This document shows, in pieces, positions 10,871 to 19,474 of a DNA stretch of 64,000 bases; position 1 is the first letter of the stretch, and every line of letters starts with the position of its first letter. Below the pieces are notes generated by a model. It ran no database searches. It worked only from the letters and a program-made list of their open reading frames with translations, and had not been told where the DNA came from. Source of the DNA: an uncultured Actinomycetes bacterium. GTDB lineage: Bacteria > Actinomycetota > Thermoleophilia > RBG-16-64-13. The position numbers and the translations under genes were made by a program. Where the stretch lies: the NCBI GenBank assembly GCA_963841735.1, contig CAWJDT010000005.1, forward strand, positions 224,001-288,000. Direction: 5' to 3'.

Positions 10871-11740
10871 CTATCCGATGGACTCCGCCACGAATTTCAG
10901 GAAGAGCTTTGCTCCAGACGACAGCTGGGCATCCATCCGATAGCAGATGGATACCTCGAAGGGAGCCTTCGGAGTGATCTCGACAATCGACACACCGTCC
11001 GTATTGATTGCCGCCACGGAGTGCTCTTGGATCAGAGAGATCCCCATCTCCTGTCGGACGAGATCGACCAAGTCACTCCCATGAAGCCCGGTCATCACGG
11101 TCTTGGGAGTGAATCCCGCCTGCTGACATATGTCCAGGCACGACTTGGTGTGCACGGCGTAAGGAGGCAGCATGACGAAATCCTCCGATTTCAACTCCTC
11201 CAGCGAGATCATCTTACGGCCGGCCAGCGGATGGGAGGCATACAGCACGGCGACGAATACATCTGTGGTGTAGGGGATCGAGACGAAATCGCCGTCCGGA
11301 TCCTCCAGGTTGCAGATGAAGGCGAGCTCGCATTTCCCACTGCGGAGCAGTTCCCTAACCTCACCCCGAACGTTACCCTCGATGGTGCTCAGCAGATAGT
11401 TCTTGTTGTTGGTACGGAAGTCGGTCAGCAGACCTGTCACCCGGTATTCCGTCCCGATGACGATGAGATTATCGGCGTCGTGCAGCTTGTTGTAGACGTC
11501 CTTCACGAAGTGGTCTTCGAGCATGACTATCTGCTTGGCATACGGAAGGAGCAGCTTCCCGTATTCGTTCAGGACGATACCCTTGCCCGTTCGATCAAAC
11601 AGGGGAGCGCCAAATTCTTCTTCCATGGACTTGACGTGCTTGGAGAGTGACGACTTGGACACGAAGAGCCTGCCCGCCGCCTCGCCGACGTTACAGAGCT
11701 GAGCCAGGACCGTGAATTCCCTGAGATATCTCGTATCCAT
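10871..11740 (-). CDS. LysR family transcriptional regulator
   Basis: N-terminal HTH (AAGRLFVSKSSLSKHVKSMEEEFGAPLFDR) and substrate-binding domain. Confidence 0.95.
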   Translation of the reverse strand: MDTRYLREFTVLAQLCNVGEAAGRLFVSKSSLSKHVKSMEEEFGAPLFDRTGKGIVLNEYGKLLLPYAKQIVMLEDHFVKDVYNKLHDADNLIVIGTEYRVTGLLTDFRTNNKNYLLSTIEGNVRGEVRELLRSGKCELAFICNLEDPDGDFVSIPYTTDVFVAVLYASHPLAGRKMISLEELKSEDFVMLPPYAVHTKSCLDICQQAGFTPKTVMTGLHGSDLVDLVRQEMGISLIQEHSVAAINTDGVSIVEITPKAPFEVSICYRMDAQLSSGAKLFLKFVAESIG

Positions 11741-11941
11741 CCAGCCACCCCGGTCAACCGACACAAAGGGGGATGTGCGCGAAACAACGCCGCTTCCCCG
11801 ACTCCCTTGGGCAGCATCATATCAATTACGGGCGTGGTACTCGGTCGCATCCACAATGCGGCCGCGACCGCTCCCTGCGTACCGGCCTCGCGGTCGCCAA
11901 GCGTGTCCGCAGCGGCGAGGCTTCGGCCCGAAACAAGTCTG

Positions 11942-12811
11942 TTAAACGATCGACTCTCGCACGTGCTCCAGGAAGAGCTTCGCTCCGGACGACAGCGGGG
12001 CGTCCCTTAGATAGCAGATGGATATCTCGAAGGGAACGCTGGGGGCGATCTCGACCATCACTACGCCGTCCGTGATGATCGCGGAGGCGGAGCGTCCAAA
12101 AAGCAGGGAGATCCCTATCTTCTGCCGGACAAGATCAACAACGTCGCTCCCGCGGGAGCCGGTCATGACGATCTTCGGCGTGAATCCGGCCTTCCTGCAT
12201 ATGTCCATGCAGAAGCTGGTGTGCAGGGCATAAGGAGGCAGCATGACGAAATCCTCCGATCGCAGCTCCTCCAGCAAGATCGTCCTACGGCCGGCCAGCG
12301 GATGTGAGGCATAAAGAACGGCGACGAACTGATCGGTTGTGTAGGGCGTCGAGACGAACTCCTGGTCCGGGTCGTCCAGGTTGCAGAGGAACGCAAGCTC
12401 ACATTTTCCGCTGCTCAGCAGGGCCTCCGTCGTGCCCATGAGATTGTCTTCAATGGTGCTGAGCAGGTAGTCGTGATTCTTGGTGCGGAAGTCCGTCAGC
12501 AGACTCGTGATGCGGTATTCCGTGGCGATGACGATGGTATTGTCGGCGTCGTGCAACTTGGTGTGAACGTCCTTCTTCAAGTGGTCTTCGAGCATGACCA
12601 TCTGTTTGGCGTAGGGAAGAAGAATTCTCCCGTATTCGTTAAGAACGATGCCCTTCCCCGTCCGGTCGAACAAGGGCGCGCCCAATTCCTCTTCCACCGA
12701 CTTGATGTGCTTGGAGAGCGACGACTGGGACATGAAGAGCTTCTCCGCCACCTCGCCGAAATTGCATACCTGGGCGAGGACCGTGAATTCCCTGATGTAT
12801 CTCGTATCCAT
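11942..12811 (-). CDS. LysR family transcriptional regulator (tandem paralog)
   Basis: Highly similar to 10871..11740, including about 45 bp of upstream promoter sequence. Confidence 0.95.
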   Translation of the reverse strand: MDTRYIREFTVLAQVCNFGEVAEKLFMSQSSLSKHIKSVEEELGAPLFDRTGKGIVLNEYGRILLPYAKQMVMLEDHLKKDVHTKLHDADNTIVIATEYRITSLLTDFRTKNHDYLLSTIEDNLMGTTEALLSSGKCELAFLCNLDDPDQEFVSTPYTTDQFVAVLYASHPLAGRRTILLEELRSEDFVMLPPYALHTSFCMDICRKAGFTPKIVMTGSRGSDVVDLVRQKIGISLLFGRSASAIITDGVVMVEIAPSVPFEISICYLRDAPLSSGAKLFLEHVRESIV

Positions 12812-12955
12812 CCAGCCACCGCCTACCGTTCACGCCCCAGGGCTGCCTGATGGCAGGAATGCACTGCGAACAAGGCCGTCTGGGGGCAACGCCGTTCCCC
12901 CGACTCCCTTGTCCGCCATCATATCAATTCGGGGAATCCTCCCCTCCGCGGCACG

Positions 12956-13007
12956 CTTCTAGGGCGCCGGGACTTCGCTTTTCGGCGGCCTTCTAGGGCG
13001 CCGGGAC
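12956..13007. repeat. 18-bp direct repeat duplicating a gene 3' end
   Basis: CTTCTAGGGCGCCGGGAC at 12956-12973 and 12990-13007. Confidence 0.8.
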
Positions 13008-14357
13008 GAACAGCCGCAGGCTCTTGGCCGCCTCGATGAGCTCGGCCTCGTCCGCCGGCCCCGCATCCCCCCAGCCAGCAATGTCGATAGTAGTTCCGCC
13101 CCGCGTCGCCACGTAGAAGAGCTCTCCAGAGCCGGAGTCGTAGATGGCGTCCACGTGTCCGTCGACTTCTGCGGTGCGGATCAGCTTCCACCCTTCAAAC
13201 GGCTTCTTGCGCTCAGGCGTCAGGATTGGATCGTATAGGTAGATTGCGATATGGGATGGGGTCTGGTGACTCAGGTCTCTGTAGTAGATGCCAACCTGGG
13301 GCCTCATGCCTTCGGTCTTCTCCGCCGGCCTGACCATCTCCAACGGGAGACCGTGAAACGATTCCCCCAGGTAGTAGAGCGGATACGGCACCTCTGGAGA
13401 GATCTTGGCCAGTTCCTCCAGACAGGCCGCCAGACCGACAGCCTCCTCGAGCATCTGAGGAAGCTGCTCGTCGGTCATGGGTTTCACGCCGGCCGGGAAC
13501 GTCAGGCTGAACAAGGCGCTGAGGTCTGCATCCTCGACCACTTCAAGATCGGCCAGGCGGCAGGAGTAGAGAGCGCCATTCGAGCGATACATGCGATCGT
13601 CCAGCGGAAAGCCGGTGGCGGCATCGGCGAGGACTACTCTGCCGGTGGAAGCGTCCACGCCTAACTTGCCCTCGTAGCGCACGATCTCCCGGCCGTTCAC
13701 CTGGCCCCGGCCCGTCTCGCGCAGCATACCCCCCGCGACCGCCTGCCGAATCTCGGCCACCGACCGCCCGATCTCTCCCTGATCCATCGCGAAAGGATCC
13801 ACCTTGTCCTCAAGGACCGAGGCCTGGTAGGCCTCATACGTGAAGTCGAAGGCCTCGTTCGAAGGCGTGGAATACCACTGCAGCCTCTCTCCGGTAAACA
13901 CCTGAAGCGACTCTGACTGCCCCGAGCGCTCGTTGCCGGGACTGCTCGCGGCCTGACGGAACCGACCACTAGACGGCTGATGCCAGAAGTCCATCTTGAA
14001 CTCGGCCGAATTGAGTTCCCTGGTGACCAACTGCAGGTGCAGCACTTGGTCTCCGGCATCGAGAGTCATGGGAAAACTACCAGGCAGATCCGGGGCGACA
14101 AGCCCGAAGGGTGAGTCACTCCCGACGACGAGGGCCGGGTCGGTCGAGTCGACGACGGAAGTCGAGCCAAGGGCCGTCGTGGTTGTCTGCGACGTGGACG
14201 AGACCGCGGGCCCGGCGCCTCCGACCGTGACGGCAGATTCCGAACTGCTGCAGGCGGCGGCACCGACGACGGTGCAGATACCAAGCGCACTGACCAGCAA
14301 TACTCTGGACTTGCGGCTCATGGAACGCAACGCGTTTTGCCGAGCAGTCACATCCAT
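12993..14357 (-). CDS. Hypothetical lipoprotein
   Basis: Signal/lipobox AAAC, Ser/Thr linker; start moved from the ORF-track start to ATG at 14357. Confidence 0.65.
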   Translation of the reverse strand: MDVTARQNALRSMSRKSRVLLVSALGICTVVGAAACSSSESAVTVGGAGPAVSSTSQTTTTALGSTSVVDSTDPALVVGSDSPFGLVAPDLPGSFPMTLDAGDQVLHLQLVTRELNSAEFKMDFWHQPSSGRFRQAASSPGNERSGQSESLQVFTGERLQWYSTPSNEAFDFTYEAYQASVLEDKVDPFAMDQGEIGRSVAEIRQAVAGGMLRETGRGQVNGREIVRYEGKLGVDASTGRVVLADAATGFPLDDRMYRSNGALYSCRLADLEVVEDADLSALFSLTFPAGVKPMTDEQLPQMLEEAVGLAACLEELAKISPEVPYPLYYLGESFHGLPLEMVRPAEKTEGMRPQVGIYYRDLSHQTPSHIAIYLYDPILTPERKKPFEGWKLIRTAEVDGHVDAIYDSGSGELFYVATRGGTTIDIAGWGDAGPADEAELIEAAKSLRLFVPAP

Positions 14358-14391
14358 CCCCCTTGTGGCTCCCACCTGCCGACTGGACGCC

Positions 14392-15918
14392 CTACTCCAG
14401 AGGTATCCCCCACACCGATGACATGCCCACCCCGCCGCTCTCCGCGTTCTGCGAGAAGGTGGACGGATCGGAGTCGACGAGGGTGTAGCTCCCGGCGGGG
14501 ACCACCAAGTCATCCAGCGTGACGGTCCAGTAGGCGTTAGCCACATCGCCCTGGCCCGGGCTACCGACGGCCTGAAACGGTCCGTACATGGTGCCGTCCT
14601 CGGCCCGCAGGCCGATGGTGCCCACCCCGGGTAGTCCCCCCCAGATATAGTGGTAGGTCTGAAGCGTTGTGATCTTCGTGGTAACGTCCAGCACAAACGT
14701 GGGGAGGGTGGCGCCGGGACTCACTCCGCCGATGTTGCCGTTACTGAAAAGCTCTTGAGGCTCCTGCGCAACGTCCTGGTCTCCGGTGGTCCCGACCGGC
14801 CGATCGAACTCCTCGCCCGTGTCGATGTCGACTACGACGAAGATGTTGATGATCACCACAGTCGGCTGGACCACGACGATGGTGGCCGGATCGAAGTCGG
14901 GCCACTTGGTGCCTGTGTATTTGGGAGCTTTCGTGGCCAGTTTGGGCGGAGTCAACGGGTTCCCGCATTCACAGCGCACCCGGGGTACGCCGTATTGGTC
15001 GACCAGCACCATCTGCCCCTTCTGCAACACCGACTGGCGAGGGGTAGGCTTGCCGTCACGGAAGCCGTTGTTGGTGACCCTGGTGTCGCGGGTGAGCATC
15101 AGGGGGGTGAGCTCAGCGAAGTAGTCGCGGAGCTGAGAGGGCTGAATCTGGGTGCCGCCGCTCCACTTGAAGGTGGGATCGGCGTTGAGGGCGGCGCAGA
15201 AGGCCGCGGCCTTATCGGGGTTCTGTTCGAAGAACTCGAGCTGACCTTCTTTGTCGGCCAGAGCCTTGTCTTTGGATCCGCCATACAGGGCCGGCTTGTC
15301 TCCGGAGACGGCAGCCACCTGCACAGTTCCCGGAGCGGTGGTGACAGCTCCAATTGGCGGAGCTGTCGTAGCAACTCCAACCGGCAACGTGGTCGTCGGC
15401 GCGAGTGTGGTGGTGGGCAGGTTAAGCGACGGTGGAGGACCCGCCAGCACAAAGGACTCGCCGGTGAACGGCTCGGGTCCGGACTTGCCGGCCGCCTCCA
15501 AGAGAATCTCACCCTCTTGCTGCGCAGCGGTGGCGTCCGTGGTCGCATCCGTGGTTGCTTCGCCGGTGGCGGAGCCGGACGAGGACGACGTCACCGTGGT
15601 GTTGCCGGAGGCCGTCTTGTCCGAGTCATCACCGCGCAGACCGAAGTAAAGACCGACCCCCAATGCCGCCAGCAGTATGACCGCGGCCGCAACTATCCCA
15701 GCGATCAAGGGTCCGCGGCCCCGCCTGGCGGGCGCCGGCGACTGTGGGGGCTGCCAACCCGGGCCCCCCGGGCCGTATCCCCCCGTCATCATCGGGGGCG
15801 GCGGAGACGGCGGTGCCTGGGCGAAACCGGGAGGAGAGGGCTGCCAACCCGGAGCGCCACAGTGCACACAGAATGGCGCGCCCTCCGTCAAAGGCTGACC
15901 GCATTTCGTGCAAAGCAT
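14392..15918 (-). CDS. Zinc-ribbon, TM and DUF6777-like domain protein
   Basis: CTKCG...CVHCG, Pro-rich region, TM helix, LTRDTRVTNNGFRDG...GVPRVRCECGNPL. Confidence 0.75.
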   Translation of the reverse strand: MLCTKCGQPLTEGAPFCVHCGAPGWQPSPPGFAQAPPSPPPPMMTGGYGPGGPGWQPPQSPAPARRGRGPLIAGIVAAAVILLAALGVGLYFGLRGDDSDKTASGNTTVTSSSSGSATGEATTDATTDATAAQQEGEILLEAAGKSGPEPFTGESFVLAGPPPSLNLPTTTLAPTTTLPVGVATTAPPIGAVTTAPGTVQVAAVSGDKPALYGGSKDKALADKEGQLEFFEQNPDKAAAFCAALNADPTFKWSGGTQIQPSQLRDYFAELTPLMLTRDTRVTNNGFRDGKPTPRQSVLQKGQMVLVDQYGVPRVRCECGNPLTPPKLATKAPKYTGTKWPDFDPATIVVVQPTVVIINIFVVVDIDTGEEFDRPVGTTGDQDVAQEPQELFSNGNIGGVSPGATLPTFVLDVTTKITTLQTYHYIWGGLPGVGTIGLRAEDGTMYGPFQAVGSPGQGDVANAYWTVTLDDLVVPAGSYTLVDSDPSTFSQNAESGGVGMSSVWGIPLE

Positions 15919-15984
15919 GATTCCCTCCTTGCGCCCGCTCCTCAGCGATACGCCCACTCCGGTGACTACATTGGCAAGCGTAGG

Positions 15985-16758
15985 CTAGTTGCCCGCAATA
16001 GTCCATAGTCTGATGGTTTCTTCCATCCAGCAGGCAGCCGCTTCCATCATGTTGCCCAGCTCTTCCTTCGGATAGGCGCCATCAGCACGCAGGGGCGGGG
16101 GATACATCGGCTCACCGAACACCTGCCTCATCCGCGGGCGATGCGTGCACTCCGAGCCGTTCCGGCGGTAGCGTTTGGTGAACACGTAGACCATCGGGAG
16201 GATGGGTGCCTGGTGGAGACAGGACATGTAGAAGGCACCTGGCTTGAAACGGTAGATCTCCTGGCTCAGGTAGACAAGATCGCCCTCGGGCAGGAAGAGC
16301 ACGTGATGCCCGCGGCGCAGCGCCTCGCCCACCGGAGCCGTGATCATCTTGAAACCCAAGGCTCTGGCCGGAATGGGAAACGCCCGCACCATGCGGAGTA
16401 TGCGGCGGACAACCGGCACCTCGAAGTTCCGTTGCGCAACGGAGATGTAGAGTCTCCGCGGAAACACTGCCGCGCCTGCGAACACCGTGTCAAAGTAGTG
16501 GCAGTGGTTGGAGATGACAATACATGCCCTCTTCCGCAGAATGCGCTTGTTGGCGCGTCCGCTTACCCTTAGCCCAAAGTACACGCCGGCAAGCCCGGCA
16601 ATGGGATAGAGCAGGAGCATGACCGGGAGCGTGAGAAGTGTGAACCACCAGTCGAAGTAGATGTACTTGTACGGCTTGCGAAAATCGAGCTTCTTGGTGT
16701 CGTTGGTGACCACGAACAGCTTCTCTTGCGGAATGGTGTTCCGCTGCCTTTTCTCCAT
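15985..16758 (-). CDS. Lysophospholipid acyltransferase (PlsC family)
   Basis: NHCHYFD (HX4D), LPEG, FKPGAF. Confidence 0.85.
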   Translation of the reverse strand: MEKRQRNTIPQEKLFVVTNDTKKLDFRKPYKYIYFDWWFTLLTLPVMLLLYPIAGLAGVYFGLRVSGRANKRILRKRACIVISNHCHYFDTVFAGAAVFPRRLYISVAQRNFEVPVVRRILRMVRAFPIPARALGFKMITAPVGEALRRGHHVLFLPEGDLVYLSQEIYRFKPGAFYMSCLHQAPILPMVYVFTKRYRRNGSECTHRPRMRQVFGEPMYPPPLRADGAYPKEELGNMMEAAACWMEETIRLWTIAGN

Positions 16759-16794
16759 GTTGTCGATTGGAAAGATAGAAGTCGGGCGACCCGG

Positions 16795-17949
16795 CTAGGC
16801 CATCTGCGGTTCTAGGGTCGGCTCACCGCTCAGGATCTCGCGCTCGAACTCCGCGTAGATATCCTCCATGAGGTCAAGACATCTCTCAAAGCGATACTGC
16901 TCGGCCATTTGCAGGACCTTTGCGCGGGAGGCGCGGAGCTCGTCCTTGTGCTCAAACCAATAGTCGATCTTCTTCGCAAGGTCGTCCTCGTCGTCCTTGC
17001 GGAACATGAACCGGTCGTCCAAGGCAAACTGCGGCGCGGCGCTATAGCTGGAATCGCCTATGAGGCACGGAAGCCCACAACCGATGGCCTCAAGACACGA
17101 GAGACTCTCCAGCTCGACGATAGAACCGTGCACGTACATGTCGGCGGTGTTCAGGTACTGCAGCTTCTCTTCGTTGCTGACATAGCGGATGAGCGGCTTG
17201 TTGGGCAACTCGTCGCCGAGGCGCACAAGCTCGTCGGTCATCTCGCCCGTGCCACAGAGCATGAGAGTTATCTTGTCCGCGTACTTTGAGCGTCTGACGC
17301 CCCCGATGAGCAGCGACTGCCGCTTCTCAAGGGCATGGCGGCCGACGTTCATGAGCACCAGATTGTCGCCGTAGAAGTCCGGACGGTCGTATCTGCCGGC
17401 CGCGTACTCCCGGGGGATGCCGTTGGACACCACCCGCAGGGCGCTATTGCAGCCGTGGCCCCAGAGCATATCGGCAGCGAACTGCGAGGGACATTGTACT
17501 AGCGGCACACGATTGAAAAGCAGGAAGTTGAACAGCTTGTGCACCGTCCACTCCAGGGACTTGCTCTCCTTGCCCATGGCCGAGATGATGTTCTGCGGCT
17601 GCACGTGGAACGCGCCCATGACGTTCTTGCCCATCTGCTTGGCGACCTTGGCCGCCCCGTACCCCAGATAGAACGGGAACTGGATCTGCACCAGGTCTAC
17701 GTCGGCGAACGCCTTGCGCAGCACGTCTTTCTCGGGGACGCCGAACATGAAGTCCATCTTGTCCTGTGATTCCTTGGTGCCCGGCAGAAAGAACCCCTTG
17801 ACCTTGTAGAACCGCTCTTCTTCAAGGGACTTGGTGGCGACAATGGTGAACTTGTGCCCACGCTTCTTGAGACCTTCCACCAAGCGCATGGTGGCGATGG
17901 TGCCGCCATTGGCCCTGTTGAACGTGTCTACGACGACTGCTATCTTCAT
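16795..17949 (-). CDS. Glycosyltransferase family 4 (glycolipid synthase-like)
   Basis: MKIAVVVDTF, VSNGI, VGRHALEKRQ, ELESLSCLEAIGCG. Confidence 0.88.
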   Translation of the reverse strand: MKIAVVVDTFNRANGGTIATMRLVEGLKKRGHKFTIVATKSLEEERFYKVKGFFLPGTKESQDKMDFMFGVPEKDVLRKAFADVDLVQIQFPFYLGYGAAKVAKQMGKNVMGAFHVQPQNIISAMGKESKSLEWTVHKLFNFLLFNRVPLVQCPSQFAADMLWGHGCNSALRVVSNGIPREYAAGRYDRPDFYGDNLVLMNVGRHALEKRQSLLIGGVRRSKYADKITLMLCGTGEMTDELVRLGDELPNKPLIRYVSNEEKLQYLNTADMYVHGSIVELESLSCLEAIGCGLPCLIGDSSYSAAPQFALDDRFMFRKDDEDDLAKKIDYWFEHKDELRASRAKVLQMAEQYRFERCLDLMEDIYAEFEREILSGEPTLEPQMA

Positions 17950-18201
17950 TCGGGCGTCCTTCCACGTGCCTGTGCCACGAGCAGGGACCCACAACGACTC
18001 GCGACATTTAGCGAACACTTAATGTTCGGAGTTGCACATGCTAGCAGACGCGGCGGCGACCTGTCGAACGGCGCGGCCGTGTCTCACAAGCCCATCAAGA
18101 TCACCGGCAGGCGAGGCAGCGCCGTACTTGGTGAGTGAGGACGATTGGCGAGCGGTGCAGACGATCGGGCGCCTTGCGGAGCTCATCGCTCCAATACAAA
18201 C

Positions 18202-19263
18202 CTACCGCTTCGGCCAGACGATATTCCCGCTCCTGTCGATCATGGCCTTGTATCCGTCTTCGTGACCAATGCTCACCAAGGCAAGCCCGTCCCTGAACGG
18301 CTCGGCCCAGGCGAGGTCCGGCTCGATGGCCCAGGCCCCGGTCCGGTCGATGAAGCCAAAGACCAGAACGCCGTCGTCGAATAGGCAACAGGCTGCAAGG
18401 CCCTCCGTGAACTCCTGAGCCGAGTTGAAACGCGGTTGCACGACAACCACTCCTGTCGTATCCAGGTAACCGAACTGATCACCGATGCGGGCGGCCGCCA
18501 GGCCCTCGGAGAAGTCGAAGGCCTCATAGAACTGCGGCTGGATGACCAGGGCCCCAAAGGTATCGACATAGCCCCACTTGCCCCCAACTCGCACCGCTGC
18601 GAGGCCGTCGTCTGTGAAGCTGCGGCCCTCGTCGTATCTCGGTTCGATCTTCCAGGCCCCGGTCTTGTCGATGTAGCCCCACCTGCCGGAAGCATCCGCC
18701 GCCGGACAGAGACCCTCCGAAAACGACCTCTCCATGAAGGCCGGCGCGTCGCCCGGCCGGATGACCCAGGCCCCGGTCTTGTCTACGAAGCCCACCGGGT
18801 ACCCGTGCTCCTTCTCATCCAGCACTACACTGGCGACACCCTCGCTGAAATCCTCGGCACTGAGCAGGGTAGGCTCGATTGCCCAGTCGCTCTGTGGGTC
18901 GATGAACCCGCACGGGCCATCTCCCTTCTCCGGCGCCACACACGCGAGTCCATCGGAAAACCAGGAGGCATAGGCGAACTGTGGCTCAATGGCCCACGCT
19001 CCCGTCCTGTCGATGTAGCCCCACTTGTCCCCTCCAACCAATACCGGGTAGAGATGCACTTAGGTCGTCTGCGAGTCGGTGGACGTGGTTGTGGCCGCAC
19101 CTGTCGTCGTGGTGGCGCTGACTATGGTGGTCGTAGAATGGGAAGTGGTCGTCGTGGCCAGGATGGTGGTCGTGGGCTCTTCGCAACCGGCAGCCAACCC
19201 AGCGCCTACTCCCATACAAACTGTGATTACCGCGGCCGACAACGCGATCGCCAGTCTTCTCAT
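18202..19263 (-). pseudogene. WG-repeat lipoprotein interrupted by an in-frame TAA
   Basis: Lipobox AAGC and Thr linker (19063-19263) are in frame with WG repeats (KWGYIDRTG...FSEGLA); single TAA at 19060-19062. Confidence 0.75.
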
Positions 19264-19304
19264 CGAATCCCCCCTCGGCAACGTCTACCCCCCCAACACG
19301 CTTG

Positions 19305-19332
19305 AGTATAGGCAGATTCGGGTTCGAGTCAA
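19305..19332 (-). promoter_or_regulatory. Sigma70-type promoter of the WG-repeat gene
   Basis: TTGACT-16 bp-TATACT on the minus strand. Confidence 0.55.
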
Positions 19333-19474
19333 CCGGCGCTGGATGCTGGACAGCTGGACCCCCAGGCGGACCTAACTGGACAACTTTTGAACTTTTCCGT
19401 CAAGGTCCAACAGCTACTTCAGCGCTCCTCGACGGCGTCCTGATCGGCCTGAGGCGCCAAAGACCCGCAGGCGT

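Noticed and set aside
18012-18028. CGAACA-N5-TGTTCG palindrome as an SOS box
   Set aside because: The spacing (GAAC-N7-GTTC) does not fit the N4 LexA box; it may be another operator but this is unsupported
19321-19330. GGTTCGAGTC T-loop-like motif
   Set aside because: No flanking stems or CCA; it lies within a promoter spacer/-35 region
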